From an uncultured Elusimicrobia bacterium (GTDB lineage Bacteria > Elusimicrobiota > Elusimicrobia > 2-01-FULL-59-12), in assembly GCA_963702895.1 (NCBI GenBank), contig OY969767.1, positions 2,176,001 to 2,240,000 of the forward strand: 64,000 nucleotides of DNA, read 5' to 3'. This document shows positions 29,328-40,800 of the stretch, in pieces (the first letter of the stretch is position 1; every line of letters starts with the position of its first letter). Position numbers and translations under genes: made by a program. The notes under the pieces are model-generated. The model was not told the origin of the DNA. It ran no database searches and saw only the letters and a program-made list of their open reading frames with translations.

Positions 29328-32300
29328 TTATTTGATCACCACCACTTTCCCCGTCTTTTTGGCTCCGCCTTCCGCCTTCAGGTGATAGACGTAGATCCCC
29401 GAGGCCACCCGGTCGCCGCTTTCATTCGTCAGGTCCCAGATGACGGAGCTGCTTGAGCTCGGAAGCGTCTTCACGTGGTGCCCCGAGACCGTGAAGATCT
29501 TGATCTCGGTATCGATCGTGAGACTGTCAAAAGTGACCGACCTCGCCGCGTGCCGGTCGCTCCGCCAAGGGTTGGGATAGACCCGGACCTGATCGAGATT
29601 GGCTGACACCAGCGTTACCTGCGCCGAAGCCGGCGAAGAGGCGCTGCCGGAGGCGTCATGGGCCGTGACGGTCACGAGGTATGTTCCCAGGTCAAGGTTC
29701 TGCGCGGCGAGGCTTGCGACCGTAGAAGCCGTGGTGAAAGAGGCGCTTGGAGCATGTCCCGCACTTAGCGTCCCGTGTCTCGCGTCTTGCGTCTCGCGTC
29801 CGACGTCAACCGCTGTCGGTGCTGGACTCGGGACCCGGGACTCGGGACTCGAGACTTGTGACGCGGGACTCGAGACTCGGGACTCGGGACGGTTCACCTG
29901 AACAAACGTCCAACTGAAATACGCCGGCGCCACAGACCCGCCGTAGCCGGCGCGCACTTCGGCGTTCACCGGCAAATACGCGGGCAAATTCAGTGTCGGT
30001 GTGGAGAGGCTCCCGGGCGGGGGAGGTGACGGCGGAGGGGGTGGCGGCAGCACGATCGGACAGCTACCCGAGGGGCAATACTCATAGGCACCTGCCTCCG
30101 GGGCACTCCCATCGTAGGCCAGAGACACCCCTTGTCCGCTCGTCCAGCTCAGAGAACGATCCACGGTCAAGGTCTTGGAAGTATAGTCAACCGCCAACAC
30201 ACGCGCGCGCTGCGCACTTCCCAGCAATTGGATCAGATCTCCCTCCACGATGCCCCATCCATCCATAAAGTAATTCGCGTTTTCCACGACGAAGGAGGTG
30301 CCCGACCCGGATGCGGAAGTGACGCTCGTCAGCGCTCCGCCCGCATCGATACAAGGACTGGTGCTCTGGAGATGCAGGTCGGGGGTCGTGTGGTCGGCGG
30401 GATCGCCCAGCGTGAGGCTCGCGCTGACAAACTTCGGATCCCCTTGAACGTCGCCATTCCAGTTATGGGCGAAGATCTGCACAGCCATGATCCCTTTGCG
30501 ATCGGGCGTGTTGATGTTGTACTCGCCGAAGGGAATGCGGTGCCCATAGAGCAGATTGTTCTTGAGCACATTGTCTCGAATCACGAGGCTCCCGCTATAG
30601 ATGCCAAACCCGATGCCGGAACTCATGTGATCGGTGGGGTCATAGGGGTTGAAGCCGTTGTGGAAAAAAGTGTTGTTGTACACCGCATTGGAGAAAATGC
30701 TCTGCAGGTAACTCGAGGTGAGGCTCATGCTCAAGCCGGCGCTGATGTTGTGGTAGAAACGGTTGAACCGCACAATATTGTGGCTTGAATTGAGTGCCGC
30801 ACCGGAGGCTCCGTTGTTGTCGGAAGGATCGGCGGAATAGGCGATCTGATTATTTTCTAAGAGATTGCGGCCGCCGTTCTCACTGTAGCCGCCAAACGAG
30901 AGATTGCGATTGCCGTAGAGGACCGCCCCGCGGTCGGACGCCGCCGTCCCCATCGACCAGGGCTCATTATGGACATAGTTGCGGCGCAACACGTTGTACA
31001 TCCCGTAAACACCCACGACATGGTGTCCGCCGTGGAAGAAGGTGTTGTCCTCGATCAGGTTATAGCGAGTTGCATCGGTTCTCCCCTCTTCGCTGCCGAT
31101 GTCGAGCACACAGCCATGGTCATCGGCGTCATAGTAACCGTATTTGGAGAATCGGCAGTGATGGATCCAGTTATGCTGGGAGCTCAGCGAAATTCTGGAA
31201 CCGCTCCAGGCACCGGCGCTCGAGCCTTGATCAAAATTACAGTAGGCGATGATGTTGTGATTGGCCCCGTTTTGCAAAAACATGAAGCGGTAAAGAGAAT
31301 GAAAGTTGATGCCCTGGACGGTAATGTAGGACTTGCCGTTGAGAGAAATGCCGTCCATGATGCCCGCAATCGTGACGACATCGGTGCCAAAATTTCGGTA
31401 CGTGATTCTCTGGGTCGAGGTGCCCGAACGCGCCGGAACAATGGCGTTGCTGTAGGTCCCTGCCTTGATGTAGACCGTGTCGCCCGCCAGCAGGGTTTGA
31501 TTGGCTTTGGTGATGGTTTTCCACGGCTGGCTGAGCGTGCCGGGATTTGCATCGTTCCCGGTGGCCTGGTCGACATAGTAAACCCCGCCTTCCAAGGTCA
31601 GCGGATGAGGATAGGGATAGGGGGTGTAATAGGCCGTCCAGGTGTTGGGGGCCGTGCACTTATACAATGTTCCGGAGATTGGCTGGGCAGGATGAGTACC
31701 GATATTCGCGGATTCGACCACGGAGCAGTTCTGATGGGTTGCCCAGTAACCAACTCCGGTGGTGCAGGTCGCGGGAAGTTTGTCAAAGCTGCCGCATCCA
31801 ATCCCCGTTGAGCCGTCAAAGGAGGAGGCATAATTAAAGAATTCTGAATTTTCTTTTATGACATTGCAGCAATCGTTGACCACTTGGTACTGCGAAGTGT
31901 GGTCAGGAATAACATCCCAGTTTAATTTTGTTGTCAGGCGTGTGTTCGTGATGCTATCAAGCTGGCGAAATTGTCCTGTGCCGGTTCCGCTCAGTATTTT
32001 GACACCGAAAGCATAACAGCCGGCCGAGCAAAAAGAAAAATTCGCGGCGCTGTCATCGAGATAATTGGTTCCGCCACCTGTTGCCGTGCCGGCAGTATTG
32101 ATGTTGACGGCATTAAAAACAGTGTCGTTTTTTCGATTGTTCCAATAATAAGAATCCGAAACATGTTGCGGCTGGCCGTCGGGCGATGTGACGGGTGGCG
32201 AAATGGAATCGTCATATTCTTCTGAAATGCGAGAGTAAACACTGCCGCTGGTCAGAACCTTGTTCCAAAAGACAAGCGCCCTTCCACCACGCTGACCCAG

Positions 32301-33134
32301 GAAAGGGGAAGCTGCATACGAACCTCCATTGACGAGATTACCGTAAACCTCAACCCCCATGGTGGCGCTGACCCCGGAAGGTTGATTCCCATGTTCATCA
32401 AATAACGGGAAAACGCTTTTAGAGAGATTGTAAGTATTGTATCGATTGGCATATCTCCCTCCGTGACCACCCGTATCCATGGTCTGCGAGGTGTTAAAGA
32501 CGTTGTCCTCGTAATATAAATTGTCCGCGGTTCCATATTTAAACGTGAGGTTCGTCCAAGCTGCTGACTGCAACCCCAGGTTGTCAAAATGCACCGCTCC
32601 AGTGAAGGTATTGTGATCCACCACGCCATAGACAGGCCCTGAGATCATCATCGTCGCAAGAGGAGTCCATTGGCAGTTCACAAAATTATTATGGTCAATT
32701 CTGACTTTATTGACCGGAAAGAATACATTCGTGTTGGCTAAGAGCAAGGCGGGCGAGGTGTTGTTCAGATCAAAAGTAAAACCAGTTACTCTGAAGGGTT
32801 CATTCGATGCCGGGTTCGTGGGAAGATAAGAAATCAAATACGAAGTATTTGGCATGTTCGATCGAATGAGTGTATGGCCTATGCCTGTGCCTTGAAAGAT
32901 GACACCCTTCTTAATCTCAAGAGTGCTAGTCCATACGCATGAACCGGCGGGCACGAGCACCGTGTCCCCAGATGCTGCTGCCGTAATCGCCGCCTGCACG
33001 TCGGTCTGAGAACAACTGGCGGCGGTGACCGTGGCCGCCTGAACGGCCAACGGCGAAAATAGAAAATAGACAATAGACAGACCAGATAATCCATTTGCTA
33101 TTGTCCATTGTCGCCTTTGGCCGTTGACGTTCAC
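29328..33134 (-). CDS. G6: two-module secreted beta-helix protein with CTD
   Basis: 1268 aa; SCSQTDVQAA module, YPYPHPL, YYVDQATGNDANPG module, Ig-like domain, CTD. Confidence 0.9.
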   Translation of the reverse strand: MNVNGQRRQWTIANGLSGLSIVYFLFSPLAVQAATVTAASCSQTDVQAAITAAASGDTVLVPAGSCVWTSTLEIKKGVIFQGTGIGHTLIRSNMPNTSYLISYLPTNPASNEPFRVTGFTFDLNNTSPALLLANTNVFFPVNKVRIDHNNFVNCQWTPLATMMISGPVYGVVDHNTFTGAVHFDNLGLQSAAWTNLTFKYGTADNLYYEDNVFNTSQTMDTGGHGGRYANRYNTYNLSKSVFPLFDEHGNQPSGVSATMGVEVYGNLVNGGSYAASPFLGQRGGRALVFWNKVLTSGSVYSRISEEYDDSISPPVTSPDGQPQHVSDSYYWNNRKNDTVFNAVNINTAGTATGGGTNYLDDSAANFSFCSAGCYAFGVKILSGTGTGQFRQLDSITNTRLTTKLNWDVIPDHTSQYQVVNDCCNVIKENSEFFNYASSFDGSTGIGCGSFDKLPATCTTGVGYWATHQNCSVVESANIGTHPAQPISGTLYKCTAPNTWTAYYTPYPYPHPLTLEGGVYYVDQATGNDANPGTLSQPWKTITKANQTLLAGDTVYIKAGTYSNAIVPARSGTSTQRITYRNFGTDVVTIAGIMDGISLNGKSYITVQGINFHSLYRFMFLQNGANHNIIAYCNFDQGSSAGAWSGSRISLSSQHNWIHHCRFSKYGYYDADDHGCVLDIGSEEGRTDATRYNLIEDNTFFHGGHHVVGVYGMYNVLRRNYVHNEPWSMGTAASDRGAVLYGNRNLSFGGYSENGGRNLLENNQIAYSADPSDNNGASGAALNSSHNIVRFNRFYHNISAGLSMSLTSSYLQSIFSNAVYNNTFFHNGFNPYDPTDHMSSGIGFGIYSGSLVIRDNVLKNNLLYGHRIPFGEYNINTPDRKGIMAVQIFAHNWNGDVQGDPKFVSASLTLGDPADHTTPDLHLQSTSPCIDAGGALTSVTSASGSGTSFVVENANYFMDGWGIVEGDLIQLLGSAQRARVLAVDYTSKTLTVDRSLSWTSGQGVSLAYDGSAPEAGAYEYCPSGSCPIVLPPPPPPSPPPPGSLSTPTLNLPAYLPVNAEVRAGYGGSVAPAYFSWTFVQVNRPESRVSSPASQVSSPESRVPSPAPTAVDVGRETQDARHGTLSAGHAPSASFTTASTVASLAAQNLDLGTYLVTVTAHDASGSASSPASAQVTLVSANLDQVRVYPNPWRSDRHAARSVTFDSLTIDTEIKIFTVSGHHVKTLPSSSSSVIWDLTNESGDRVASGIYVYHLKAEGGAKKTGKVVVIK

Positions 33135-36100
33135 TTAATCACCACCACTTGCCCCGTCTTTTTGGCTCCGCCGTCGGCCTTCAGGACATACACGTAAATC
33201 CCGGAAGCCACCCGGTCGCCGCTCTCATTGGTCAGGTCCCAGGTGATGGAGCTGCTTGAGGTGGGCAGCGTCTTCACGTGATGCCCCGAGACCGTGAAGA
33301 TCTTGATCTCGGTATCGATCGTGAGACTGTCAAAAGTGACGGACCTCGCCGCGTGCCGGTCGCTCCGCCAAGGGTTGGGATAGACCCGGACCTGATCGAG
33401 ATTGGCTGACACCAGCGTTACCTGCGCCGAAGCCGGCGCCGAGGCCGTGCCCGCCGCGTCATAGGCGGTGACCGTCACTACGTAAGGACCAAGGTCCAGT
33501 CCCGCCGTGGCGAGATTCGCCTGCGGGGTCTGGGTGGTGAAGGAAGCGGAGCGGGCTGCGCTCGGTGCATGAACCGGCGAGCCGGCGACAGGGCGAGCCG
33601 GCGTCTGTGATGTTTCGCCGATTCCCCGATTCGCCGGTGCGCCGATTCGGTCAATGGGATTGAACGTCCACCCAAAATACGCCGCCGGTGTCGAACCGGT
33701 GTAGCCAGCCGAGACTTGAGCGTTCACCGGCAGATAAGCAGGCAGATCGAGCGTCGGCGTGGCGAGCCCCCCCGGCGGAGGAGGTGGAGGCGGCGGGGGC
33801 GGCGGCAGGACGGGGCCATAACAGTTGTTGGCATTAAAGTTCAGGACACCATTGGTTCTGGATGTGGTCTCAAAGCACACGCGTGCTGGAATTTTATAGA
33901 CATGACCGCCCACGCCGCTCACATTGCCACCGGTCACGTCTGGCCCAATCGAGGGCCAGGGGATCGCGGTGGGCCACCAGCTCGGCTTGGCCGAAAGATA
34001 AAGCGAGGCCGGTAGATCGTTTGTTGATGGAACAGGGTTGGAGAACTGGCTGAGTCCCGAGGGGACTTCGCTGGCGAGAAAGCGGGAGGTCCCGTTCACA
34101 GTGTCGTAGTTCCCCCAGCGAAGCAGTGTGGATTTGACGAGCGGATCTTCGAAGGAAGCGGGCAAGTTCCCAGAATCCCCCAACCGGAAAATCGACGTCT
34201 CGGGGCTCGTGAAGGAGGGGGTGACCGACTCGTAATTGGTGTGGTAGCCCGATCTTCCCAGCACATTACCGATGATGTTGAAAAAGCGGGTGAAGGAGTA
34301 GAGATTCACCGGCACGGTCTGAGCGGTCTTACCGGTCTCCCAGCCAATGAAATAATTTCGGAAGGCTGTAATGAAATGGTGGGTGCCGTGGATCACGTCC
34401 GCCGTGAAACCGGGCCCTTCATTGCCTTCATGCAGAATATATTCCGTGCCCGCCGCATGGGCGTAATTGCTGCCCTGCATCCAGTTGGCGGAGGCTGCGT
34501 AGTAATCATCGAACGCATAGTTGTAGGCTTCCACCAGGCCCGAGGCGGAGCCGCCCACCATCAAGGGCCCTGCGATATGATGGAAAATGTTGTTCTCCAC
34601 CAAATTGTCGGACCCCATATACGATTCAACCCCATAGCTTTGCGAGGCGGCATGCCGGGTGCCGTAGAAATAGCTATCACGCACCGTACAGTGCGCCGAC
34701 TCGTAGAGCCAGACGTGATTGCGGTCAGAGTTCAAATCTCGGACATTCTTGACCCAGCAGTCGTAGCACCAGATGAGGTAGATGTCTGAGCGGTTCCCGG
34801 ACGTGTTGAAGGTGTTATCCACAGACAGGTCTTCCACGCCGTTGCCGGAGGAGAACCCGCTCGAGTTCCCCCACCAGGCATGCGGGCTCTGTGACGCTCG
34901 CCAGTTCGGCATATAGAGACCCGGCGAGATGGTGACCAAGTTCCCGGCGATCGCGCTGACCTTGGTGAACTGCTGCTGAGCTCGATTGGGTTGGGCCCCG
35001 CCAGCCGGTCCTTGGTCCGCGCAGACACCTCCGGTGTCGCAGGCAAACACAGCTCCGGTATCCGCCGGATCATTGAGCTGGTCCAGAACGATCACCATCC
35101 CCACCGATAAACCGGTCGTATGGCTGAGCGTGATTTGGGTGGTTCCCTTGGCATAACCCGCTGTCCAGTTCGCGGTGTAGCGGGGGCTTTCCACGTAGTA
35201 GCTGTTGTCGGATGCTGCAACGCAGATATTGGCGCCCATCCCGCGGCACCGCGAACCGGACAGGAAGTTCAAGTAGGTTTTATCCGCCCCCGCCCCGCGT
35301 AGGGTCACGTTGTTCTTGCCGTTGAAATCAATGCCTTCCGAAAGGGTATAGGTCCCCGCAGGGATGTAAACGACCTGACCACTGGGGCAGGCTTGGATGG
35401 CGCTGTTGATCTCGGCGGCGCTGGCAAACGGAGGCAGGGTCGCGCAGATCGTGGTGCGGTTGGGAATCCCTCCGACCACGCCCGCCTGGCTCCAGTCGAT
35501 GGCCCGGGCGGGATCGAGGATGCCGGACCAAGGGATACCCGGCGGCGAAGTGGGCGCCTGCGTCGTAGCGCTGGCCGCGGCCGAGAGCGCCGAGACATTG
35601 CCGGCCGCATCATAAGCCGTCACGCGGTAGCTGTAAGACGTCGAAGACACAAGGCCCGTGCTTATATAGGAAGTCCCACTGGTGACGCTCGAGATCCAGA
35701 CCCCATTGCGATAAATCCCGTAGCCTGCCACCCCGACCGCATCGGTCGAGGCGGTCCAGGAAAGATTGATCGCTGTCGAAGAGACAGCCACCGCCGCAAG
35801 GCCCGTCGGCACGGATGGTGGGGTCGTGTCTGGCGGAGGGGGTGCTCCACTTGTTGCGGCGACGTAGAGGGTTTTGCTTGCGTAAAGCGGGTAAACCCTC
35901 ACGTCCAGCGATCCGCCGCCCACAGAGCAAGTGTAAGGACTTGCGTTGTCGACCGTGGTCGGGATGCGGTCTTCATAGCAAACCACGAACCGGACAAGCT
36001 CCGCATCGGAAGGCGTTACGGTCACCACCCCGCCCGACTGAGAATACGTCGCTGAGAGATCGTAGCCGCCAGGCCTATAGGAATACGCTCCGATGTCCGG

Positions 36101-37813
36101 TGCCGCGTTAGAACCATAGTAGACAGGTTCCCCGTTGGCCCAGGTAAACGGCGCCATAACCGTAATGGCATCACCGGAGATGGCAGATATTCTGACGGTG
36201 TCGTCGCCCACCGTGATGACATCGCCCACCACAAGATTGCCGCCATACTGAGTTAAATTAAGGTTATCCGCTCTGAAAAATCCGCCGCCATTGGCAAGCA
36301 CGTTAAAGGTGGTTCCTGTGCCGCCGCCACTGGTCGCGGTGAGCGGCCCCCCTCTCCCTCTGGCGCCGGAATGACTTTGCAGATGAAAGTCATCGTTGGC
36401 GTAATCCACAAACTGGGGGTTGGCGTTCCATTGGCCGTGCAGTTGAGTAGAAAATGGAGGAGCGAAGGTGACCGCTCCCTGCGGATCGTATCCCAAGTTG
36501 TAATCTATTTGATAGGTCATGCCCGCGCGATTACAACTGTTGTCTAAACTTAAACAGTACACCTCAAGATTGGACGCAGCACTATTTCCCCAACTCTCAT
36601 ATTCCAGGTTGTTGAGGATATAGGCATGATTCACCAAGGTGCCATACCAAGCCAGCCCATAGCGAACAGTGGGGTTGTACTCTTGTAAGTCAGCAGCCGT
36701 ATTATTGTAATACCGTATGTGGGTAATCGGCCCGACGGTGACCTGATTGATTCCCACGCCGCCGCTGCTCACATTGTGCCAGACGTTGCGGCGGAAGATA
36801 TTTTCCGTCATGGGGCCGCAGGCACCGGTGCAATTCCCGGGTTGGCCGTGACTGATCTGGGCCGTATGTTCATCCCCGGCGTTGCCGACACCCACTTGGA
36901 AGTGGCTCTCAATCAAACTGTTGCTCCAGCCCCGATTGTTTGAGCCGGTCTGAAAAACATCGGAATGACCACCCGAAGCTTCACTGAAATCGTGCGTGTA
37001 ATTTCCAATCCATCGGTTATGGGAGCCCATGATCAAGAATCCGTCGGGATGGGAATTATAAACTTCGTTATAGGCGATCAAACTATTGTCTCCAACAGTG
37101 CCGACAGCCATGCCGGAACCGTTGCCGATGCCGAAATTCGCTAAGGTGTTGCCGATGATGAGGCTATTATTAATCACTCCGGTGCAGCCGTAGCCGCATC
37201 GGATGCCATTACCTATCCCATTTCGAATGGTGTTGTTCCAAAACTCTAAATAGCTAACGGTACCGCATATCAAAACAACCCCACTTTGCATGTTGCAGGA
37301 TCCTTGATCCGAATCCATGACAAAGCCTATGACACGAATGAAGCTGTTGCCGGTAAAATCAAACCCGCAGACCGTGACGGCTCCGTCAGCCATGAACGTA
37401 ACGGTGTTCGCCACGGATGTGCCATTCACCGCCGGTGTAACGCGCTCTTCATACGTTCCGGGCTGAACGCGGACCACATCGCCCGCGCTGACGTGATCGG
37501 CCGCCCAGTCGATGGTCCGCCACGCCCCGCCCGAGGTGTTCGTCAATCCGGTGTTGGTGTTGTTCCCATCGGTGCGGACATAATAGGTGGCCGCCTGCGC
37601 CGCCGGAGCAGCCAGCAGCAAGAGAAGGCTGTATCGGAGTAACGGGGTAACGGTGTATCGGAGTAACGGAGTAACGGTGTATCGGGGTAACACCTCTAAG
37701 AGCGTAATGTGTTTACGTTGCTGTGACTCCGATACTCCGATACGCCCCGCCATCACATCGTTGGCGGGCCCGCCGTGATGTAGTGGCGGGCGATACGCCG
37801 ATACGAAGTTCAC
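33131..37813 (-). CDS. G5: secreted protein (beta-helix, FN3, pectate-lyase-like beta-helix, CTD)
   Basis: 1560 aa; IDWSQAGVVGGIP...VYIPAGTY...TLRGAGADKT; CTD. Confidence 0.9.
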   Translation of the reverse strand: MNFVSAYRPPLHHGGPANDVMAGRIGVSESQQRKHITLLEVLPRYTVTPLLRYTVTPLLRYSLLLLLAAPAAQAATYYVRTDGNNTNTGLTNTSGGAWRTIDWAADHVSAGDVVRVQPGTYEERVTPAVNGTSVANTVTFMADGAVTVCGFDFTGNSFIRVIGFVMDSDQGSCNMQSGVVLICGTVSYLEFWNNTIRNGIGNGIRCGYGCTGVINNSLIIGNTLANFGIGNGSGMAVGTVGDNSLIAYNEVYNSHPDGFLIMGSHNRWIGNYTHDFSEASGGHSDVFQTGSNNRGWSNSLIESHFQVGVGNAGDEHTAQISHGQPGNCTGACGPMTENIFRRNVWHNVSSGGVGINQVTVGPITHIRYYNNTAADLQEYNPTVRYGLAWYGTLVNHAYILNNLEYESWGNSAASNLEVYCLSLDNSCNRAGMTYQIDYNLGYDPQGAVTFAPPFSTQLHGQWNANPQFVDYANDDFHLQSHSGARGRGGPLTATSGGGTGTTFNVLANGGGFFRADNLNLTQYGGNLVVGDVITVGDDTVRISAISGDAITVMAPFTWANGEPVYYGSNAAPDIGAYSYRPGGYDLSATYSQSGGVVTVTPSDAELVRFVVCYEDRIPTTVDNASPYTCSVGGGSLDVRVYPLYASKTLYVAATSGAPPPPDTTPPSVPTGLAAVAVSSTAINLSWTASTDAVGVAGYGIYRNGVWISSVTSGTSYISTGLVSSTSYSYRVTAYDAAGNVSALSAAASATTQAPTSPPGIPWSGILDPARAIDWSQAGVVGGIPNRTTICATLPPFASAAEINSAIQACPSGQVVYIPAGTYTLSEGIDFNGKNNVTLRGAGADKTYLNFLSGSRCRGMGANICVAASDNSYYVESPRYTANWTAGYAKGTTQITLSHTTGLSVGMVIVLDQLNDPADTGAVFACDTGGVCADQGPAGGAQPNRAQQQFTKVSAIAGNLVTISPGLYMPNWRASQSPHAWWGNSSGFSSGNGVEDLSVDNTFNTSGNRSDIYLIWCYDCWVKNVRDLNSDRNHVWLYESAHCTVRDSYFYGTRHAASQSYGVESYMGSDNLVENNIFHHIAGPLMVGGSASGLVEAYNYAFDDYYAASANWMQGSNYAHAAGTEYILHEGNEGPGFTADVIHGTHHFITAFRNYFIGWETGKTAQTVPVNLYSFTRFFNIIGNVLGRSGYHTNYESVTPSFTSPETSIFRLGDSGNLPASFEDPLVKSTLLRWGNYDTVNGTSRFLASEVPSGLSQFSNPVPSTNDLPASLYLSAKPSWWPTAIPWPSIGPDVTGGNVSGVGGHVYKIPARVCFETTSRTNGVLNFNANNCYGPVLPPPPPPPPPPPGGLATPTLDLPAYLPVNAQVSAGYTGSTPAAYFGWTFNPIDRIGAPANRGIGETSQTPARPVAGSPVHAPSAARSASFTTQTPQANLATAGLDLGPYVVTVTAYDAAGTASAPASAQVTLVSANLDQVRVYPNPWRSDRHAARSVTFDSLTIDTEIKIFTVSGHHVKTLPTSSSSITWDLTNESGDRVASGIYVYVLKADGGAKKTGQVVVIK

Positions 37814-40800
37814 TTAATCACCACCACCTTCCCTGTCTTTTTGGCTCCGCCTTCCGCCTTCAGGTGATAGACATAGATCCCCGAGGCCACCCGGTCGCCG
37901 CTTTCATTGGTCAGGTCCCAGGTGACGGAGCTGCTTGAGCTCGGCAGCGTCTTCACATGGTGCCCCGAAACCGTGAAGATCTTGATCTCGGTATCGATCG
38001 TGAGACTGTCAAAAGTGACGGATCTCGCCGCGTGGCGGTCGCTCCGCCAAGGGTTGGGATAGACCCGCACCTGATCGAGATTGGCTGACACCAGCGTCAC
38101 CTGCGCCGATGCCGGTGAAGAGGCGCTGCCGGAGGCGTCATGGGCGGTGACGGTCACGAGGTATGTTCCCAGGTCAAGGTTCTGCGCGGCGAGGCTTGCG
38201 ACCGTTGAAGCGGTGGTGAAAGAGGCGCTGGGAGCATGTCCTGCGCCCAGCGTCCCGCGTCCCGCGTCTGGCGTCTCGCGTCCGACGTCAACCGCTGTCG
38301 GTGCTGGACTCGGGACCCGGGACTCGGGACTCGAGACTTGCGACGCGGGACTCGAGACTCGGGACTCGGGACTCGAGACTTGCGACGCGGGACTCGAGAC
38401 TCGGGACGCGGGACCCACCATCGACGTGAACGTCCAACTGAAATACGCCGGCGCCACAGACCCGCCGTAGCCGGCGCGCACTTCGGCGTTCACCGGCAAA
38501 TACGCGGGCAAATTCAGTGTCGGTGTAGCCAGGCTGCCGCCGGGCGGAGGCGGCGGAGGCGGCGGCGGTGGAGCGACTGTTGGGCAGTTACCGGAAGGGC
38601 AATACTCATAGGCTCCGATGTCCCAGGCACTCCCTTGTGGGCGGACGATGTTATCCTTGTCGTAGTTAAAACCAGCCTGAGGAACACCCACATTGATCGC
38701 AGGACTCACGGACTGAAGATGAAAATCGAAACGCGCAGGATCAACGAAGGCTGGGTCCTGATTGATGAGATCGGTAGGAGCGTAACGATTGGGGTAACCA
38801 AGCCGGTTTAAGAGGTTATGGCCGGACGAAATAATGACACCACCCGTCGCGCCGTCAGCCCAGTAGTTGGATCCAGCGTTGTAAAAGATATTGTTCTCAA
38901 CGATGCCGCTCGCGCCATCACTATAACCTATGCCGTGATACATGAGTTCAGCAAAGACATTGTTGTAGGCGTCGACATGGGTCACTTGCTCGACGCAGAG
39001 TCCCCACGCTCCTCCGGGCTGGCCGTCGGCAAAGGTTCCATGGAAGATGTTGTTGCGGAAGGTGAGGTGGGAGGAGTTGTGGTGGAAGGACGCTTCTGCC
39101 ATGAGTCCCTGATGGAAACTGGAACAGAAGTTCCCCTCAAAAATGATATTTCTGGCGTATTCCCCGTTGTTGTCGTACGTCTGGAAACAATCCACATGCG
39201 CCGCGGCGATCTCGGTTTGCAGGGTTCCGTGGAAATAGTTGTTTCGAAAGAGGATGTTTTCGCCAAAAAACCGCGAATAGTCCGAGTCCCCACTGCCCGG
39301 ATTAATTAAACGCTCGACTTCATTGTTTTCGATCACCCAATCCACCCCGCTGGCGACAATGCCCATCCCCGGTCGATAAATGCGGTTGTTGGCGATTTTG
39401 ACTCCTCTTTTGTAAGGCGGACTCCAAGCCCCCACAATCCCAGAACCGCTGTCATAAATGTAATTGTCCATCACTTCGACATAATCGCTGCCAACATAGA
39501 CGCCTTGCGTCTCATCCCAACCGGTGAGACCAAGAGTCGAAATGTTGAAGCCCTCAAGGCGCAGATAATTCGCGTTACGCGTGTTGAAGCCCTTCAGAGT
39601 GACCGATCGCCTCGGCTCGGCCCGGAAGGAAATACGAGCCCCTTCCTGCCCCGAGGCGCCGGACGGGAACCGAATTCGCTCCGGATAATTCCCCGCTTTG
39701 ACCACGACTGTTTCACCCGCCTTGACGGTATTGGCGGCCTTTTGAATGGTTTTCCAGGGCAAGACATCGGTCCCAGGATTGCTGTCGCTGGCGGAAGCAT
39801 GGTTCTGGTCGACATAGTAGGTGTTGGCAACGAGGGGGTGGGGGTAGGTGTAGGGGGTGTAGTAAGCAATCCAGGTGTTCGGCGCGGTGCATTGGTAGAG
39901 TGTGCCGGAAATCAGACTTGCCGGATTGGCACCGACCCTGCCGGTGAGATCCGTGCAGGATTGGTCCGTGGCCCAATAGCCGACACCGGGAGCGCAGGTT
40001 GCGGGGCGAGAGGCCAGCGTGCCGCACCCGACACCGGTGGCTCCATCGAATCCCGATTCCACGAACTTAAACCAATGGACATTTTCTGTTACTGTATAAC
40101 CGCAAGATGAATTGCAGTCTTTCATCCCCCTGCTATAGAGATTCGTTACTGCGCCTGTCATGCTGCCTTTTCGATTATTCCACGCATAGGTATCACTGAT
40201 GTGTTGCGGCTGGGTGTTCGTTGAAGGGCAATAAACACATTCACAGGATTCAATGGGATTTGTCGATGATCCCTCGGAATCCCTGATCCCCCAGCCGCTA
40301 AAACCGCTGGAGGTATAATTATTGAAAATAAGATGTTTGCCGCCTCTGAAATCGGTGTAACCATCAACTAAGGTAATATGATTGCCGTACATCTCTGACC
40401 CAAAACAAGACCGATAAGAACAAATACCGCTGCTCCCTGCGGCATCCCCATGCTGGTCAAACAACGGGTAACTTCCAGGGGAAGTGGCAACGATGGTGTT
40501 GTAGCGAAAAGCGTACCGATTCCCATATTGGCAATCGGCAACAACTTGACTGGCCTGAATATTGTTATCTTCCAGATAGAAATTGTCTGCTGTGCCGAAC
40601 GTCAAACCTGGCCAATTATCCCACCAATCCTGATCATCACCGCTGGAGAATCGGATGGGATAGCTGGTCCCGCTAAAGGTGTTGTGATCGGCGACGCCCC
40701 GATAACCGTTGATCGTGAGGGCCTGATCATGGGAATTGAGAAAAACATTATGATCGATTCGGATCTTGTTCTGAATGGTGAGACCAGAGCTTGAATAAGC

